A DNA stretch of 64,000 nt from Antedon mediterranea (GCF_964355755.1 NC_092680.1:21895045-21959044); one strand, 5' to 3'; positions 1 to 14,855 are shown, counted from the stretch's first letter. The notes: generated by a model from the sequence alone, not told the origin. Translations and numbers: made by a program.

Positions 1-1111
1 GACCGAATATAGTGTTCATATTTATAGTATATACCAATAATTAACCTATCTACCGGATTTCGTAAAAAAACGCGAAAAACGAAGATCTTCGTGTTTGGCA
101 GTCAAGCGTTGTGTTTCCAAAAACGAAGATCTTCGTGTTTGGCAGTCAAAGTGTTAAGTAATTGGTTAAATTAGATTATATCCATGGAAATTTTGATGGG
201 ACTTTTTGCTAAATCTCAACCCTCATTTACATTGCATGTTATTTTTCTTTGATGAATTCTTTAAACAGCATTTAATTGTGTCTTGTTATTAAACCAGATG
301 TATAAAGTAAAGTAAACTATCACCGACATGACAGTACAGTAGTCTAGGTTTGTGTCAATGCTGCCATACTGTTAGTAATAATTGATATTAAAGTTTTATA
401 ACTCTACCGGTATATGTTCTAAAATATGACATTTTTGGTTACTACAGGTGCCATTATATGTATGAGACATTCTAAGGCCATGTGACACGATCAGCTGATA
501 TATTAAAATAACTGTCATTTTAAAATATATTTAAGAACCATCCTAAACCTGTACCTTCAAATAGTGTTTTAATAAACCTTTACTTCTGACATACAAATGC
601 CTAAGTCATTTCTTCTGCTCTTACTGGAGGTTAGTTATTTTTTTTATTATTGTTCCATATTTTAATATCATTATTTATTCTATGGTCAGTATACTGTACT
701 GTTTGCATTAAATGCCATTCAAAGAATAAAAAGGTAATTTCATCAAAATCCCTTTAGTAGAGTTAGTGTACTTAAAAACGGTTACATTAGTAGATTAAGT
801 TTATCTTTTAATAGTTTTAGTCAAGGCCCATCCCCATATTGACATTTTTAATTCCAATCTTCATCTGTTTCGTCGTTGAATTTAAGTGTTTTTGATTTGT
901 TGTAATTATCTGTTAGATTTGTTTCTTCTGCTGTTTCTGGTTTTAAAAATAAAATAAATGAAAAATAAAATATCAATTCTACCAGACACACCCAGGCTTA
1001 TAAGAAGTTAGTTTGACTTGACTAGTGAATATTGAGCCTGGCCTCTGGGTTAACCTAGTAATACATTGCCTGGTTGGAAATACTAACACTATTCATACTG
1101 CAAATACCTTG

Positions 1112-1271
1112 CAGTAGCGTAACAGCTATGCACGACGCTCACTGGCTAAACCCAGGGGCCCAGAGCTTAAGGTGCCCCAGAGCATGAGCAGCCTCAATTC
1201 AACTACCCTGTGTTAGAGGGCCCCTTAGGAGTGCTAAACCAGGGGCCTTTGCCCTGTTCGCTATGCCACTG
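1112..1271. mobile_element. hAT-type MITE
   Basis: Imperfect TIRs CAGTAGCGTAAC / GCTATGCCACTG; exact 8-bp target duplication ATACCTTG at 1104-1111 and 1272-1279. Confidence 0.75.
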
Positions 1272-2889
1272 ATACCTTGAATTGCTTGCTTCAAAAATTT
1301 TTCTTATGGTTTTGCACATTGTACATGAGTGATTTTTGGTACTCAAAATGAGCTCATTACTCACCTTACAATCGGTATTGAGTACCCTGACAGTAGGGTA
1401 ACATTGATTTATGGCAACAACTTGTTTTAATGGCTTCAGTTTGATAAACTACAAAAAATACATACTGTAAAATTATTGCTTCTTACTACTTGGCATTGCA
1501 GATTCAAGGACTAACTAGTCTTGTGATCCTAAATTGATTTTTATTTTAATTTCATGTTTATTATTTTCATTATTTTGCAAATAAATGATATATAAATTCT
1601 ACTGCTATCCTATCAGAGTTCTGTACCTACTGTTTAGTGTGTCGTTTGACCTCATAGATAAAACCGAATGATTGTCTTGTAAAAATAATTACTGTAGTCT
1701 GGTAATTTTAATAGAAAAGTTCTTATTAAGATAATTGCTTAAGTTGTTATTAAGATACCATCAAAGTTTGTTTAAGAATGAACTTAGTATCCTGTGTGTA
1801 TAATGCTTGAATTCAGTTTGTAATATCATGTCTGTATTTTTACCACCTGCAACATTTTTACATGTTGAATTTTTTGACATTTGTAATTTAATTATTTCAT
1901 GTTGATTGATTTTTATTATTTTACAGGTATTTATTTTTGTTATTACGTATTTTATGGTATCAAAAACAAAACAAAAACAGGACCGATGCAGCTGTAACAC
2001 ACACACACACACAACATATTATGTAATTAACAATTCAAGTAATGTACCATCTAAGTACTGTACATTGTTCTTAATAATTTAAACATCTTACAGTACCACC
2101 TAAATATTTTAAAAACTATCTAAAAAAGAAACAAAAATCCACACTTTCTGTATAGATCACTATTTAGACTTTCTTGTTATATTTAACATTTTTGTCTCCA
2201 CATGTGATAAGTTCTGCTATTTTATTTTTAACAAATAATAGATATATTTAGTTTTCTTCAAGATTGATGTGTTTGTAGTTTTTAGTGATGAGTGATGTCA
2301 AATCATTAAACCTACACATTTCTATTCATTTTTATAGAGAGAAAGCTGACACATAATTTTCATTTAGATTTTTTTAAATTTATAACATGTCTGTAATAAC
2401 TAGAAATTCAGCTATAGAGGTGTACAGGTAGTTTTTTTAATCTTGTTACTTAATTAACAAGTAAATTAAGGCTAAGCAAAACTAGTGTCTCATCGTGAAC
2501 ACAAAATCCATTTCACATGCGTATTGTCTTTCAGTGTTACTGACGATGGATATGGAGTAGATGAGTTGATAAGATGTAAAAAATGAAAGAAAAGACCAAT
2601 TCAGGCAAAAGTGACAGTTTAACTCATCACTGAGTGTTCTGAGCGGAAAAATACTTATTTATAATTCTAATTAGCATCATTTCTCTTTCTTGGCAACTCA
2701 CAGAAATGCACAGATTGACAATTAAAAAAAATAATAATTGAAATGAAAATGACAAATTATTAATCTCTATTAGGATTATTCTGTTTACAATTAAAACAAA
2801 TTGTTTCCTGTTTTAGATAAATTGAGATAAAATATCAATTGTTGTTAATGTTTGTTTTCAGACGGATTTATACTGGCTTGTAGTAGGCA

Positions 2890-5800
2890 ATGGCCAAAGA
2901 TCCCTTGTGTAAGTACATACTTGATTTATTTAAAATTACATCATATTCATACATAACATTTTCAGTATTCAATTTTTTGTTCAGATGATAGGGTTTTACC
3001 CGATTTTATTTATGCGAACATAGTACAGTAGTAGCATACTGTAAATTATTTTTTAGTTGTCACTTTATTTTTTTAAAGTGAAGTCAATAGAAACATTTTT
3101 CTTAGTTTTGAGAGTGACGTAAAATACAGCAAGTTGTTTAGTTTTGAGAGTGACGTAAAATACAGCAAGTTGTTTAGTTTTGAGAATGACGTAAACTAAA
3201 ATACAGCAAGTTGCTTGATTAAAACTGTTAAATACCATTTTGATAATTTTTACAGTTACTTACAGTAGGCATGTTGACACAGATGCAGTTAAAGTATGTC
3301 ATATTATTGTGCAAAAGTGATAGCAAAGTAAAATTGTGAACTGCAGAGCAAAACTTTATTGGTACAGTGCAACTTTCGGTCCTTAACAAACATTGTGTTA
3401 CCATCATAAGAATTGTTTTAAATGGATATACTGTAGTACGAATGAAAACGTTAAAATGGTTCACTCAACCGGTTTCTTTTATTCGGTTGCAGAATGGAAG
3501 ATACAAAGACATAAAATTTGACAAAGTTGTACGTTAACACAGTGTAACTTCATGGTGTGAACAGGGTCTTAGACAATTGTTAGATAGATTTTAGTTGTTT
3601 TTTAACAGGGTGTGAAGAATGTGGAAAGAGTCATATAGGGGATTGTCCAGTTCATGGTTCGTTAACTAGAGTGAGAGATAAAGTAATACCGTCTCACGCT
3701 AGACTCACACTACCACATCACATGGTTTTAAAAGAGTTGGAACTTAGAACTGGAAACCAACAAAGTAAGTATCACATTTATTTATACAAAGTAAGTCTTA
3801 CATTTATTTATACTGTATAGTCCAAATGATGTGCTGCCTTGTGTAACCCAAACAGTTTGAAGGTTTTGACAGCAATATGCTACTGTACATCATATCATAA
3901 TTAGATATTACATGTAGTAACATACATTATCAGTCATTAATGAGGCAAACAACATTATTCCTGAATCATACACAATTATTTTATACCAGCAACATCATAC
4001 AAAGAAAGAAGTACAGTTTGCAATGTCTTGTTATAGCTAGCATGATCCTGGTAGTAACTGTAAAGGATAGTACTGACTTGTGTAAGTTCACTATCAACCC
4101 AAATAGTTTAAAGATGTTTAAAGCAACACACTATAGTATCATTATCATGATTAGATAATATTAATATTTAATGTAAGTACTAATATTTGTCATTAAGAGG
4201 CAAACAACACCCACGCAATTAATAACAGCAACATGATATGAAAGAACTACAATGTTTTTTATTAATACAGCAGCTAGCATGTTATTAACTGTAAAGTAAT
4301 ATAGTAAATATAATATAAATATTTTTAATAAGTGTTAAATACAAAATTTACAAATATACATACAGAAGGAGAGCAGAAAACTAAGGTAGAAGTTCCTGTG
4401 TTTTTACCGGGGTCATGCCCAGTTGAAGGGTGTTTTGACCAGTTGAAGAGTGTTTTGGCCAGTTATAGGGTCATGTCCGGGTCAGTTAAAGAGTATTTTG
4501 GGAAGTTTTCTATCCAATATTCCCATAAAGCTTGCATACAGTTATTATGTATAACATTGTGTAAGTGATTGTAACTCACCACTAGTTTTGTCTTTGGTCA
4601 AATATGAAGAGTGAAATAATTTGGATCGTGAAACTTTGTGTTAAACACAACTTTGCAATAAAATACCCAATGTACAGAGTTTTGATTTAAACCTGTACAG
4701 TGCCAACTACAGCATTTGTAGTCTTTATTTTTGCCAGGTTTCGTGTAGACATATAGGCAGCATGCAATGATAATATAATACTTGAATCTAAATGAGTAAT
4801 CACAATTTATTTAAATTATCCTTTGCCTATTTCCAATGTTTTGTTTCATTATCAACGTTGGCTGGATTCCGACCTATGTTCACCGTGCAACGATACAGAA
4901 CGCGCACCAAGGCTATTTTATTTATCGTTATCGTGATTATTGTTGATTTATTTGTTGTAATCTATATTTGTGTTTTAATTAATGTATTAATGTACCACTT
5001 ACAGATAGTACTGTGACCCATCAGTTAGTACTGTGACCCATCAGTTACTACTGTGACCCATCAGTTAGTACTGTGACCCATCAGTTAGTACTGTGACCCA
5101 TCAGTTAGTACTGTGACCCATCAGTTAGTACTGTGACCCATCAGTTAGTTTTTAACAATAAACAGAAATGTAAAGAAATTCTAAAGCACCTGGTTGTGTA
5201 CTGATAAATGATAAAGATGACGAAATCTGTGAGAATGAGTAAAAACTATCCAAACCTTTTTAATAACAAATTTTTTCTAATCCGTAAATTACTAATTTTC
5301 ATTTAGATGATGTTTTTTGGGTTTATTTTGAGCCCTTTTTTCAATGACAAAAGAGCTGTAGAGACTCATTGATGTTGACTTTTGGTACCTACCTATATTA
5401 CATTATATAACATATTTCATAGAATCACAGTTTTTTTTAAATAAAATAACTATTTTGAATAAAATGGTTTAGCTTTTGCTAAATAAAAGGTTTTGTTTAA
5501 TGTTTTATCGCATAAATGACAGACTTGTTTAATAAAAAATGTCACAGAATTTTAGAAATTTACCAAAATTCTACTAATTGTGATCTATTCATCTTAAAGA
5601 ATTAGCGCCTTTTAAAGAGAATATTGTCAGTTGGTTTTTTTGTTAATTAAACATATTTTTACTTGATTGTATCAGATTGCTAGAATTGAGACACATTTGA
5701 AAATTACTACGGTAAACCATATTAAACATTTTATTGATAATAATTGAAAAGTATTTCCATTTAGGAAATCGCTAATAACACATTAATTTAAAACTTGATT

Positions 5801-8800
5801 GATGTTTGGAAATTTGCCAAGATACAAAAAACCCTCAAACAATAGATTTATTTGTAAGATTAAGAAATAAAATTTCTCTATCTATTATACAAATCTGTAA
5901 CAAAAATTGAAATTAATTTTCATAATTATGACAAAATTGATGTCTTCATTTCAAATTAGTAAAAGTTGTAAAATATTAACAAATTTCGCATTTCTTAGAG
6001 CTGTTTTCTGTCTACAGTATCTCTGTAGTATTTATTACAATCACAAGTATGTAACAAACAGTACAATATATCCTACGTGTTGGAAACCTAAAATGAAAAA
6101 TGTTGCAACCCTTTCATCCATTTTAAGACTTGTGTTTTAGTTTGTGCCCAATCCTAGCTCAACCAAGTTTAGCACCATAAATTAACATGTGGTTGCTAGT
6201 TTTGTGCCTTTTATTTATGTCACTATACATCCCACACAGCTTGAGATTGATGGACACCTTTAATTGTGTTTTATACTTAAACTAAAATACTTGTAATCTG
6301 GTTGAATGGTGAACGATAACCCAAAGTTTGTTAGTTACAAGTAGATTTTAACAATTGTCAATTGGTTTGATTTCAAACAAAACAAAGTATATTACATGTA
6401 TATATTTATTTATCCCAAGTCCCAGCTAACAGTCATAAGATTTGAACCAGGATTGTATGACTAAAGGTTCAGCATCTCACATATTAATTTATATAAAGTT
6501 TTTATAGAGTAGTTTGATGTGTTACTCATCTGACTATATATAGATAATTTGAACGTCGTCGTACAGTTTGTCCCAAGTCCTGGCTAACGCGTCATCGTAG
6601 CTTGTGTCATAACGTGCCATTCTCTTATCACATGGGGTGTCACATGTAGAATTAAAAGGTCTACTGATGAGTAAAAATTACAAATATTTTATTAATTGTA
6701 AAATATCTGTAATTACTGTCCATAACTGGGAATTTATTAGCGTTATTATAAATTGATTACAATAATCTTTTTCTGAAAACAACAAATAAGTGTAACGTTA
6801 TTGTTATTTATATAATGAATAACTTTACATTGTATGATCTTAATTTTTTTGGTCAGGTATAATTCATTTTTCTTTTGAGTCGTGGTACTTTTGGCTATTT
6901 CTTGCCTACCTAGTAGTTTACCTCTCTCTGAAGTAAGAATAATTGTGAAAAGAAGAAATTCCATTGAGCACCCCTATTGGATAATGTTATCATCCGTGTA
7001 CTGGGGCTCAAGTGGGCGCCATCCCACCTTGTAGTAGTAGTAGTAGTTAGTATCATCATTTCTTTTCGTAACGCCTTATAATTTTGTTTATACCTTTTTT
7101 CTTTTAATTTATATTGTTTTATTTTATATCAATTTATCAAATGATCCATTTCCATATTTATTTGAATAGAATTGTAATATCTTGCATAATTAATTCATAT
7201 AAACAAATGGTTTATATCTGACAGGCATCAGCTGGTAACCTTCACAACCATCAAGGTTGTCAAGTGTGAACTTGACCTTCCAACAGAAAGGTCAAGTTAA
7301 GTAGAAGGGATGACTATAGGTTCAATATCTAATATATAATTACAGTATTTATAATATAATATCCTTTTTTTTCATCTACACTGATGATTATAAATAACAG
7401 TAACACATTGATTAATGTTTATGATGAATACTATACTGTTGCTGGTGTTGTTGTACAAAGTGCTGGTGTCTTTTAGTCTCCTCACTTCTTGCTTAATACT
7501 AATAATATGATGACTTATAGTAGTATTATCAAATACCTATTTTGTATACCACTACCAGTATATCATATTATACTGGTATATTATATTTATTTTTATATAC
7601 CTGAGTGTGAGTGATTTATAAATAAAAAAAAAAATTCTTCTTGCCAGTTGTAATGATTAAAGGTAACAATAAAATATCAAACACTGTGTACAGTATGTTT
7701 CTACAAAACTTCATTACAGATCTTGGAGCATCTTGGTGTTTTACAGGAATTTACCTTAAAACCTAACTTACCTTTTCCTTGAGTGACACAATTCTTAAGT
7801 GGCACTTGTAAGCAATTACCATGTCTCCAGTTTTTATTAACTGCAATCAAATTGTACAGTGATCATAGCATTAATTTAACATGTTTCGAGTGATCTAAAA
7901 AAAACTGTCAACTAAATTTTACAAAAGATTATAGAATTCGTTTTGGAATTTATTTGACAGGTCCTGTTTTTAAATTATGTAACAGATCTAACTTGAATAA
8001 ATTATAAACGTTTTACAAACTGTTTTCTGTTCTTTTACCCTATCTAGAGCCAGGGAGAAATTGCAATTGTAAACTCTCGCGACTATAGAGAGTGGGATTT
8101 CTGATATAAAATAGTAGTTCATTGTTTATTGAAGATGATTTATGTATTTACAGTATAATAAACAATCTGTTTTTGTTTTGTCATTTCCAACAGTCCTTGG
8201 TGTTTTTGCCCGGAAGCTAATACAACGTCGAACTCAGTTTGGTCCCTTCATAGCACCCAGATCTCTGACAAAGGTGGAAACAAACAACAATGATACTCAC
8301 AGACCTTCTTTTAAGGTAGGAATATTGTCCCCCTGAAAAAAATAATTTTTGTTGTTGAATATACCATTTTAATGTCACATAATACAGTAGTTATCCACTT
8401 TGACCAAAAGTTGGATAAAAAAAAAATGTACACAAAAAAAATGTAATTTAAAGCAAAAAATAGTCAAATTGACTGGAAGTCAATGGGGTTTTGGTTGAAT
8501 TTAACAGTTTATTTTGTCTTTTCATTTATTTTTTACATTTTTTATGAAAACTGAAAAATGGCATATTCAAAGACTAATTTTTTTTAAACTTTTTATGTTT
8601 TTGGGGGACAATACATCTTTAATAAATCTTATCTTATTATAAAACATGAGACAGAACAATCAAACATTGCTGATGCCTATTCTATGCATCAGAGTGACAT
8701 CTCTGGCGCTTAACAATAGAGGCGTGATTAAGCATGTGTGCTCATCTCTATCTTTAAGTTCATTGTTCTAGTCCCTGGATTTTTTTTTCTATGTCATCTA

Positions 8801-11800
8801 TAAGTTGACACTTAGAATGGCATAATAATATTCTGGAGGTGTTGAGAAGTTTATTAAAATAAGCACATCTTTACTACTTAACTCATCATTATCTTTAGTT
8901 ACGTTAATAATGAGTATTGCCTCTCATGATCTGTGAGAATGTTTACTGCGACTGCATTTGCAAACGTATGTGGTATGGTTGCAATGAAAATGGCCAGATA
9001 TCAGATGTCAAAAAATACAATTAAAATATGCAAATTTAACAAGGATTTTTCAACTATATATTTAAGATGTAGATCTCCCAACATCCTCCCTAGCTTATTA
9101 TTTCATAATATTAATTCATATTTGTCAGATTTTTCAAAATAATATGCAGCAGTCGATCCTTGACACTAGTAGTGAGGATGTGTGTAATTGGATGATGTTT
9201 GTAAGACCTGCAGAAGAATATTTTGAACAGAATGTAGTAGCGTATCAGTGGAACAATGACGTTTACTTTACGACATCAAAGGTAAGAATTAAGAATCGCA
9301 GGAAAATACTTTAAACAGAATGTAGTTGCTTACTAATAAAATAGTGATGTTTTCTTTACGACATCAAAGGTAAGTCTACGTTCTTTGTAAGAATCGCAGG
9401 AGAATACTTTAAACAGAATGTAGTTGCTTAAATCAATAAAATAATAATGTTTATTTGACGACATCAGGTACAGTAAGTCTGTTAGGCCTACCTTCAGATG
9501 AATATTCTTAACAGAATTTTGTTGCTTATTATCATTTTATTGCTAGTACAGTAACTGTTAAGCTGTATGTCCGTTATGGGCATGTGTGTGGTATACTAAA
9601 GCATATCAGTCCAATAATGTACTCATTTACAGTAGTATATTCAATTATTATTTGTGTTTTGTTTTCAGGCAATTCCACCGCACACAGAATTAAAGGTCTG
9701 GTATGCGGCAGAGTACTCCAAAAATATGCAGACAAAACTATTATACAACCCTTTAAGTACAACCAAAACAGGTAAGGATTACTGATAAGTATTAATTAGA
9801 TAATTTATTTCATTACTTTACTCATTGTGTTCATCCCTTCATTCAATCTCTCTCTTATTAGTTAATTTATTCACTATTTCATTACTTCATTTATTAGTTA
9901 CTGTAATTCCTTCATTCATATGTTAATTCATCCTTCACTTTTTTAGTCAACCATTCATTCCTTCATTCATATGTTAATTCATCCTTCACTTTTTTAGTCA
10001 ACCATTCATTCCTTCATTCATATGTTAATTCATCCTTCACTTTTTTAGTCAACCATTCATTCCTTCATTCATATGTTGATATTCCTTCACTTTTTTAGTC
10101 AACCATTCATTCCTTCATTCATATGTTGATTCATCCTTCACTTTTTTAGTCAACCATTCATTCCTTCATTCATATGTTAATTCATCCTTCACTTTTTTAG
10201 TCAACCATTCATTCCTTCATTCATATGTTAATTCATCCTTCACTTTTTTAGTCAACCATTCATTCCTTCATTCATATGTTAATTCATCCTTCACTTTTTT
10301 AGTCAACCATTCATTCCTTCATTCATATGTTGATTCATCCTTCACTTTTTTAGTCAACCATTCATTCCTTCATTCATATGTTAATTCATCCTTCACTTTT
10401 TTAGTCAACCATTCATTCCTTCATTCATATGTTGATTCATCCTTCACTTTTTTAGTCAACCATTCATTCCTTCATTCATATGTTAATTCATCCTTCACTT
10501 TTTTAGTCAACCATTCATTCCTTCATTCATATGTTGATATTCCTTCACTTTTTTAGTCAACCATTCATTCCTTCATTCATATGTTGATTCATCCTTCACT
10601 TTTTTAGTCAACCATTCATTCCTTCATTCATATGTTGATTCATCCTTCACTTTTTTAGTCAACCATTCATTCCTTCATTCATATGTTAATTCATCCTTCA
10701 CTTTTTTAGTCAACCATTCATTCCTTCATTCATATGTTAATTCATCCTTCACTTTTTTAGTCAACCATTCATTCCTTAATTCATATGTTAATTCATCCTT
10801 CACTTTTTTAGTCAACCATTCATTCCTTAATTCATATGTTGATTCATCCTTCACTTTTTTAGTCAACCATTCATTCCTTCATTCATATGTTAATTCATCC
10901 TTCACTTTTTTAGTCAACCATTCATTCCTTCATTCATATGTTAATTCATCCTTCACTTTTTTAGTCAACCATTCATTCCTTAATTCATATGTTGATTCAT
11001 CCTTCACTTTTTTAGTCAACCATTCAATCCTTCATTCATATGTTGATATTCCTTCCTGTCGTGAGTCAACCATTCATACCTTCATTCATATGTTGATATT
11101 CCTTTCTGTCGTGAGTCAACCATTTACTAATTCATTAATTAAAATTAATTCAAACATCATAAAAAGTTAGATGTTTATAATTAGCAATATTTTAAACTGA
11201 AAAAAATTTACTATATATCCTCGGGTATAATCCCACTTCAGGTCTAATCCCACCCCTTACTTTATGTTTGATTTCACAAACAGGATAGAGCCCAGTATTG
11301 ACTTTTGGTCTACAGATGTAGGCCTTTTTTTCAGATGAGGTTTTACCGATCCTACTTCCTAAAGCCGGCCCAATTTCATGTTCTAGGAAGGTGGGATTAT
11401 ACCAGAGATATTATATGTTGTATATTTTAATAATACATACATATTTGCTTGTTTTGAAATCTATATACATTACTTTTGGTAAATGAACTAATGCATTATT
11501 TGATCCATTTGGTCACTCTTGTAACAACATAGTGTATTGGTGTAACATCACCTAATGCATTTGATTTTGTTTTTTTTCAGAATCACCTAATTTTTCTCGA
11601 CAATCAACGTCTCAGATGGGTGGAAGCCACTTATCAACACCAGAGTATGATTTTACTGACCTCAATGAGTTACCTCAAGAACCAGAATTCAAACCTGAAA
11701 TATCACTATTACAATCTAATTTGAATGTGCACCAGGTACTGTACTTTATCTTTTCCATCAAATGTTTTCATTTATTTGATCAAAGAACTTATAACACAAG

Positions 11801-14013
11801 AATCTCCTGTTTGTCCGAAGCGCGTAACAATTTCGAAAGGCATTGTGGGATAGAATAGAGCTATGGGTGGCGCCATTGTGAGCCATGGAGTAGGGCGCCC
11901 GCATCAAATTAGGAAGTCAAAATCATAGAGGGGATCTGCTAATACTCTTAATACTCTAGGGGGGGTAGAGTAATTGACTGAGGAGTAGGGAGCCCGCATC
12001 AAATTAGAAAGTCAAAATCATAGAGGTGATCTGCTAATACTCTAAGGGGGGGGGGGGGGTTAGAGTAATTGACTTCCTAGTTTGGAGGGGGCGCTGCTCC
12101 ATGCTGTGAAATGGCGTCGCCCAGTTTGACCTTTTAACCCTGTACATCCGATACTGTGTTTTGAATGCAAATTGAAGAACAGGAGATTCTTGTGTTATAA
12201 GTTCTTTGATTTGATACAATCACCAATTTCAGTGGTAGAACTTGAAAGTAAACTTAATTAAACTTTCTTCACATTATTATTGTTTTAAAGCAAAAAACAC
12301 AAAGTTGGTGGTCTTCATTTTATGCTTTGTATTATTTGTATGCCATTGGATGAAATAAATGTTTGTTGAATTGAATTGAAAGTACAGTTTGACAAGAACT
12401 CATTTGATTTCTAAAGTTTTAAACTGTGTTTTCTGTCCCTCTGTTTGTAGGCATCGGCTAGTTTGCAATCCCCTACACTTTCAGACCCTTGGAAATGTTC
12501 AACCTGTAATCGAGGATTTGGAACTTTTTCACTTCTTGAAGTACACACATGTGAAACGGCAACAAAGGTTAGACGTGGACGAAAACCAAAGTCAAAGAAA
12601 TTAATAGACACATCCACGAGTCGAGAAGGACCGCTTACACGTGCAAGCAAACAGATTATACTAAAGACGGGTAAAGATAAGTTGATTGGTCGCCATGGCA
12701 AAGGACGTAAACACAAGGAACAAGTTACGTACTCGTGTGATCACTGTTCAAAAATTTTTTTGAGTATGGAGAAATTAAGAACTCACAGTTATACACATTC
12801 TGGTGAACGGCCATTTGTTTGCACAAAACCTGATTGTAAAAAAGCATTTATCTCAAGTTATAAGTTATCACGTCACATGGCAACTCATTCACCTGATAAA
12901 ATTCATCAATGCCAATATTGCGACAAGAAATTTCACCGTAAAGATCATTTAAAAAATCACCTGCAGACACACGACCCGAACAAGGAATCATTTCGATGTG
13001 AAAATTGTAGCAAAGTTTATAACACAAAACCAGGCTTCAAAAAGCACATAGCAATGCATGCTGCAGACGCAGGTGAACTCACTTGTAAAGTTTGCGACAG
13101 AGACTTTGATAGTACGGAAATGCTCATAGAACATATTAAGGTGCATTCTGGGAAGAGTAATGGTGCAAAAGAGAAGAAACATAAATGCGATGAATGTGAT
13201 CGTAAATTCTACACGCGGAAAGATGTGCGGAGGCACACGGTGGTACATACGGGTCAGAAGAACTTCCTGTGTCAAACGTGTGGTCAAAGGTTTGGACGTA
13301 AAGATCATTTGGTGAGACACACGCGCAAGAGTCACAATGGAGAACAACTTGGGATGAAGATGGGTGAACATTTAAGAGCAGTTGGCACGGCAACGGTTCA
13401 TCAGATACTTCAACAGCATCTGGATGACCTTCCTCCGCTAACGATATCAAACTACGGGTCAAATACAGCATCTTCGTCGCTCGGTCAACCTCCGCTTAAC
13501 GAGGTTGACCTTATCAAAGTTCCACCCATTCCTCAAGTTAGATCTCACAACCGAACGATGACACGACCTCATACAGAAACAAGATTATCACCAAAGATCG
13601 GAACGCAGGTGAAAGAAGCTTCTGGGATGGCAATGGAAATGAGCATGATGGAAACGGATAGAGATAAAGATATGCAAGATTTGTCTGACACTTTGAATCC
13701 TAATAGCTATGATCTTGGTCGGTTACTAGGATTTTTACCGACAAACCACCCAATGCAGCAAGCTGGTAATCCCCCTCACCCGTCACGCGAGCAACTGCCG
13801 CCGCCAATGAAACAGTCTCCTAGCACTTTACCTCAGACCTCAACTTATGTAACGCAGTCGGATCTACCTCATTCACAGCCTATGGCTATTCCTAATCCAG
13901 GAATTCAACCACAGACAATCCGATACCCCTCTAATCAAAGTGGTATGAGCCAGGGTCAGTATAACCATCCAATGATTCAAGGGCTTCCACGCTTTCACCA
14001 AGCTTTTCAGTGA
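2890..14013 (+). CDS. PLAG1: PR/SET-domain-containing PLAG-family zinc-finger transcription factor (pro-orthologue of PLAG1/PLAGL1/PLAGL2), 7 coding exons
   Basis: Phase-consistent GT-AG exons 2890-2908, 3609-3764, 8194-8315, 9129-9281, 9669-9771, 11581-11735, 12451-14013. They encode [17 protein letters not shown] (PR knuckle) and [44 protein letters not shown] (PR/SET). Then come seven C2H2 fingers closely matching PLAG1 ([36 protein letters not shown]) and the PLAG terminal LPRFHQAFQ. Confidence 0.9.
3102..3213. repeat. 36-bp tandem repeat, about 3 copies
   Basis: TTAGTTTTGAGAGTGACGTAAAATACAGCAAGTTG repeated. Confidence 0.85.
5006..5149. repeat. 20-bp minisatellite, about 7 copies
   Basis: Unit TAGTACTGTGACCCATCAGT. 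Confidence 0.95.
8319..8618. mobile_element. Non-autonomous DNA element with TTAA-flanked termini (Kolobok-like); related ends start near 52402 and 55201
   Basis: Right end GGGGGACAATACATCT-TTAA, degenerate left end TATTGTCCCCC. TTAA-AGATGTATTGTCCC recurs at about 52398 and 55197, and the 55201 copy shares internal sequence in reverse orientation. Confidence 0.5.
9907..11125. repeat. 51-bp intronic minisatellite, about 24 copies
   Basis: Unit ATTCCTTCATTCATATGTTAATTCATCCTTCACTTTTTTAGTCAACCATTC. Confidence 0.95.
11213..11414. mobile_element. Small degenerate TIR element (MITE-like)
   Basis: ATATCCTCGGGTATAATCCCAC at the left end is an imperfect inverse of GTGGGATTATACCAGAGATAT at the right end. 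Confidence 0.45.
11781..12208. mobile_element. MITE with CAAAG termini and 7-bp TSD (P-superfamily-like)
   Basis: 31-bp perfect TIR CAAAGAACTTATAACACAAGAATCTCCTGTT; ATTTGAT on both flanks (11774-11780, 12209-12215). Confidence 0.75.
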
Positions 14014-14706
14014 AACATTATTCATGTCAAAACATTATTTTGTTGATCATAGCGTTATCTACAGTAGTAGTATCAGAATAAAAATAACATGGTTAATATA
14101 ATATATGGTACACTAAAGTAGCTACAGTATTAGCGGTTCATTTTACTTCTCAATTCAATAGAGGGCGTTCTTTATAGCAGCTATCATGTGCAATCAGGTA
14201 ACTAGGTGTGAGTCATCCTTAGCAACGCTATTTAGCAATGCTGATAGGTACAGTAATAAATTTTGGTGCCAATGTATGTGTTTAAATATACAAAACTTTT
14301 TTACTAAATAATAATTTATGTTATGTATAGTCTCCTAAAACATTTTAGAAACTCTGCCAAACTGCCGGGAAATGTTTGTAATTCTGTCCTGCCATGTAAA
14401 ATGGAATTGAATGAGTGAAAACAGGCAATTTGGGCCAGCTTAAATGCTGTCCAGTGTTGGCAGAGTTTATCTTTTTTTTAAATAATTTTTGGTATGATAT
14501 AAATATATAGATATAATCAATGAATATTCAAAACCTTGTTATTACTAAGAAAACTGAAACTAATCCAAATATATAGTTAGATTTAGAATATATGACTTTA
14601 TAATTATTGGCGAGCTATTTTGTCAAGTTTTTTGTATTCTCTTAAATTATAATCACATTGCAAGTAATAATGTTAAAGTGTAAATATATATTAAGTATTT
14701 GAGTGT

Positions 14707-14855
14707 GTGAGGGGGTGGGGTATATTATGGCTGGGAAGTTTGCGTGAGGGGGTTGGGTATATTATGGCTGGGAAGTTTGCGTGAGGGGGTGGGGTATTTT
14801 ATGGCTGGGAAGTTTGCGTGAGGGGGTGGGGTATATTATGGCTGGGAAGTTTGCG
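14707..14855. repeat. 37-bp G-rich tandem repeat, 4 copies
   Basis: Unit GTGAGGGGGTGGGGTATATTATGGCTGGGAAGTTTGC. Confidence 0.9.
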
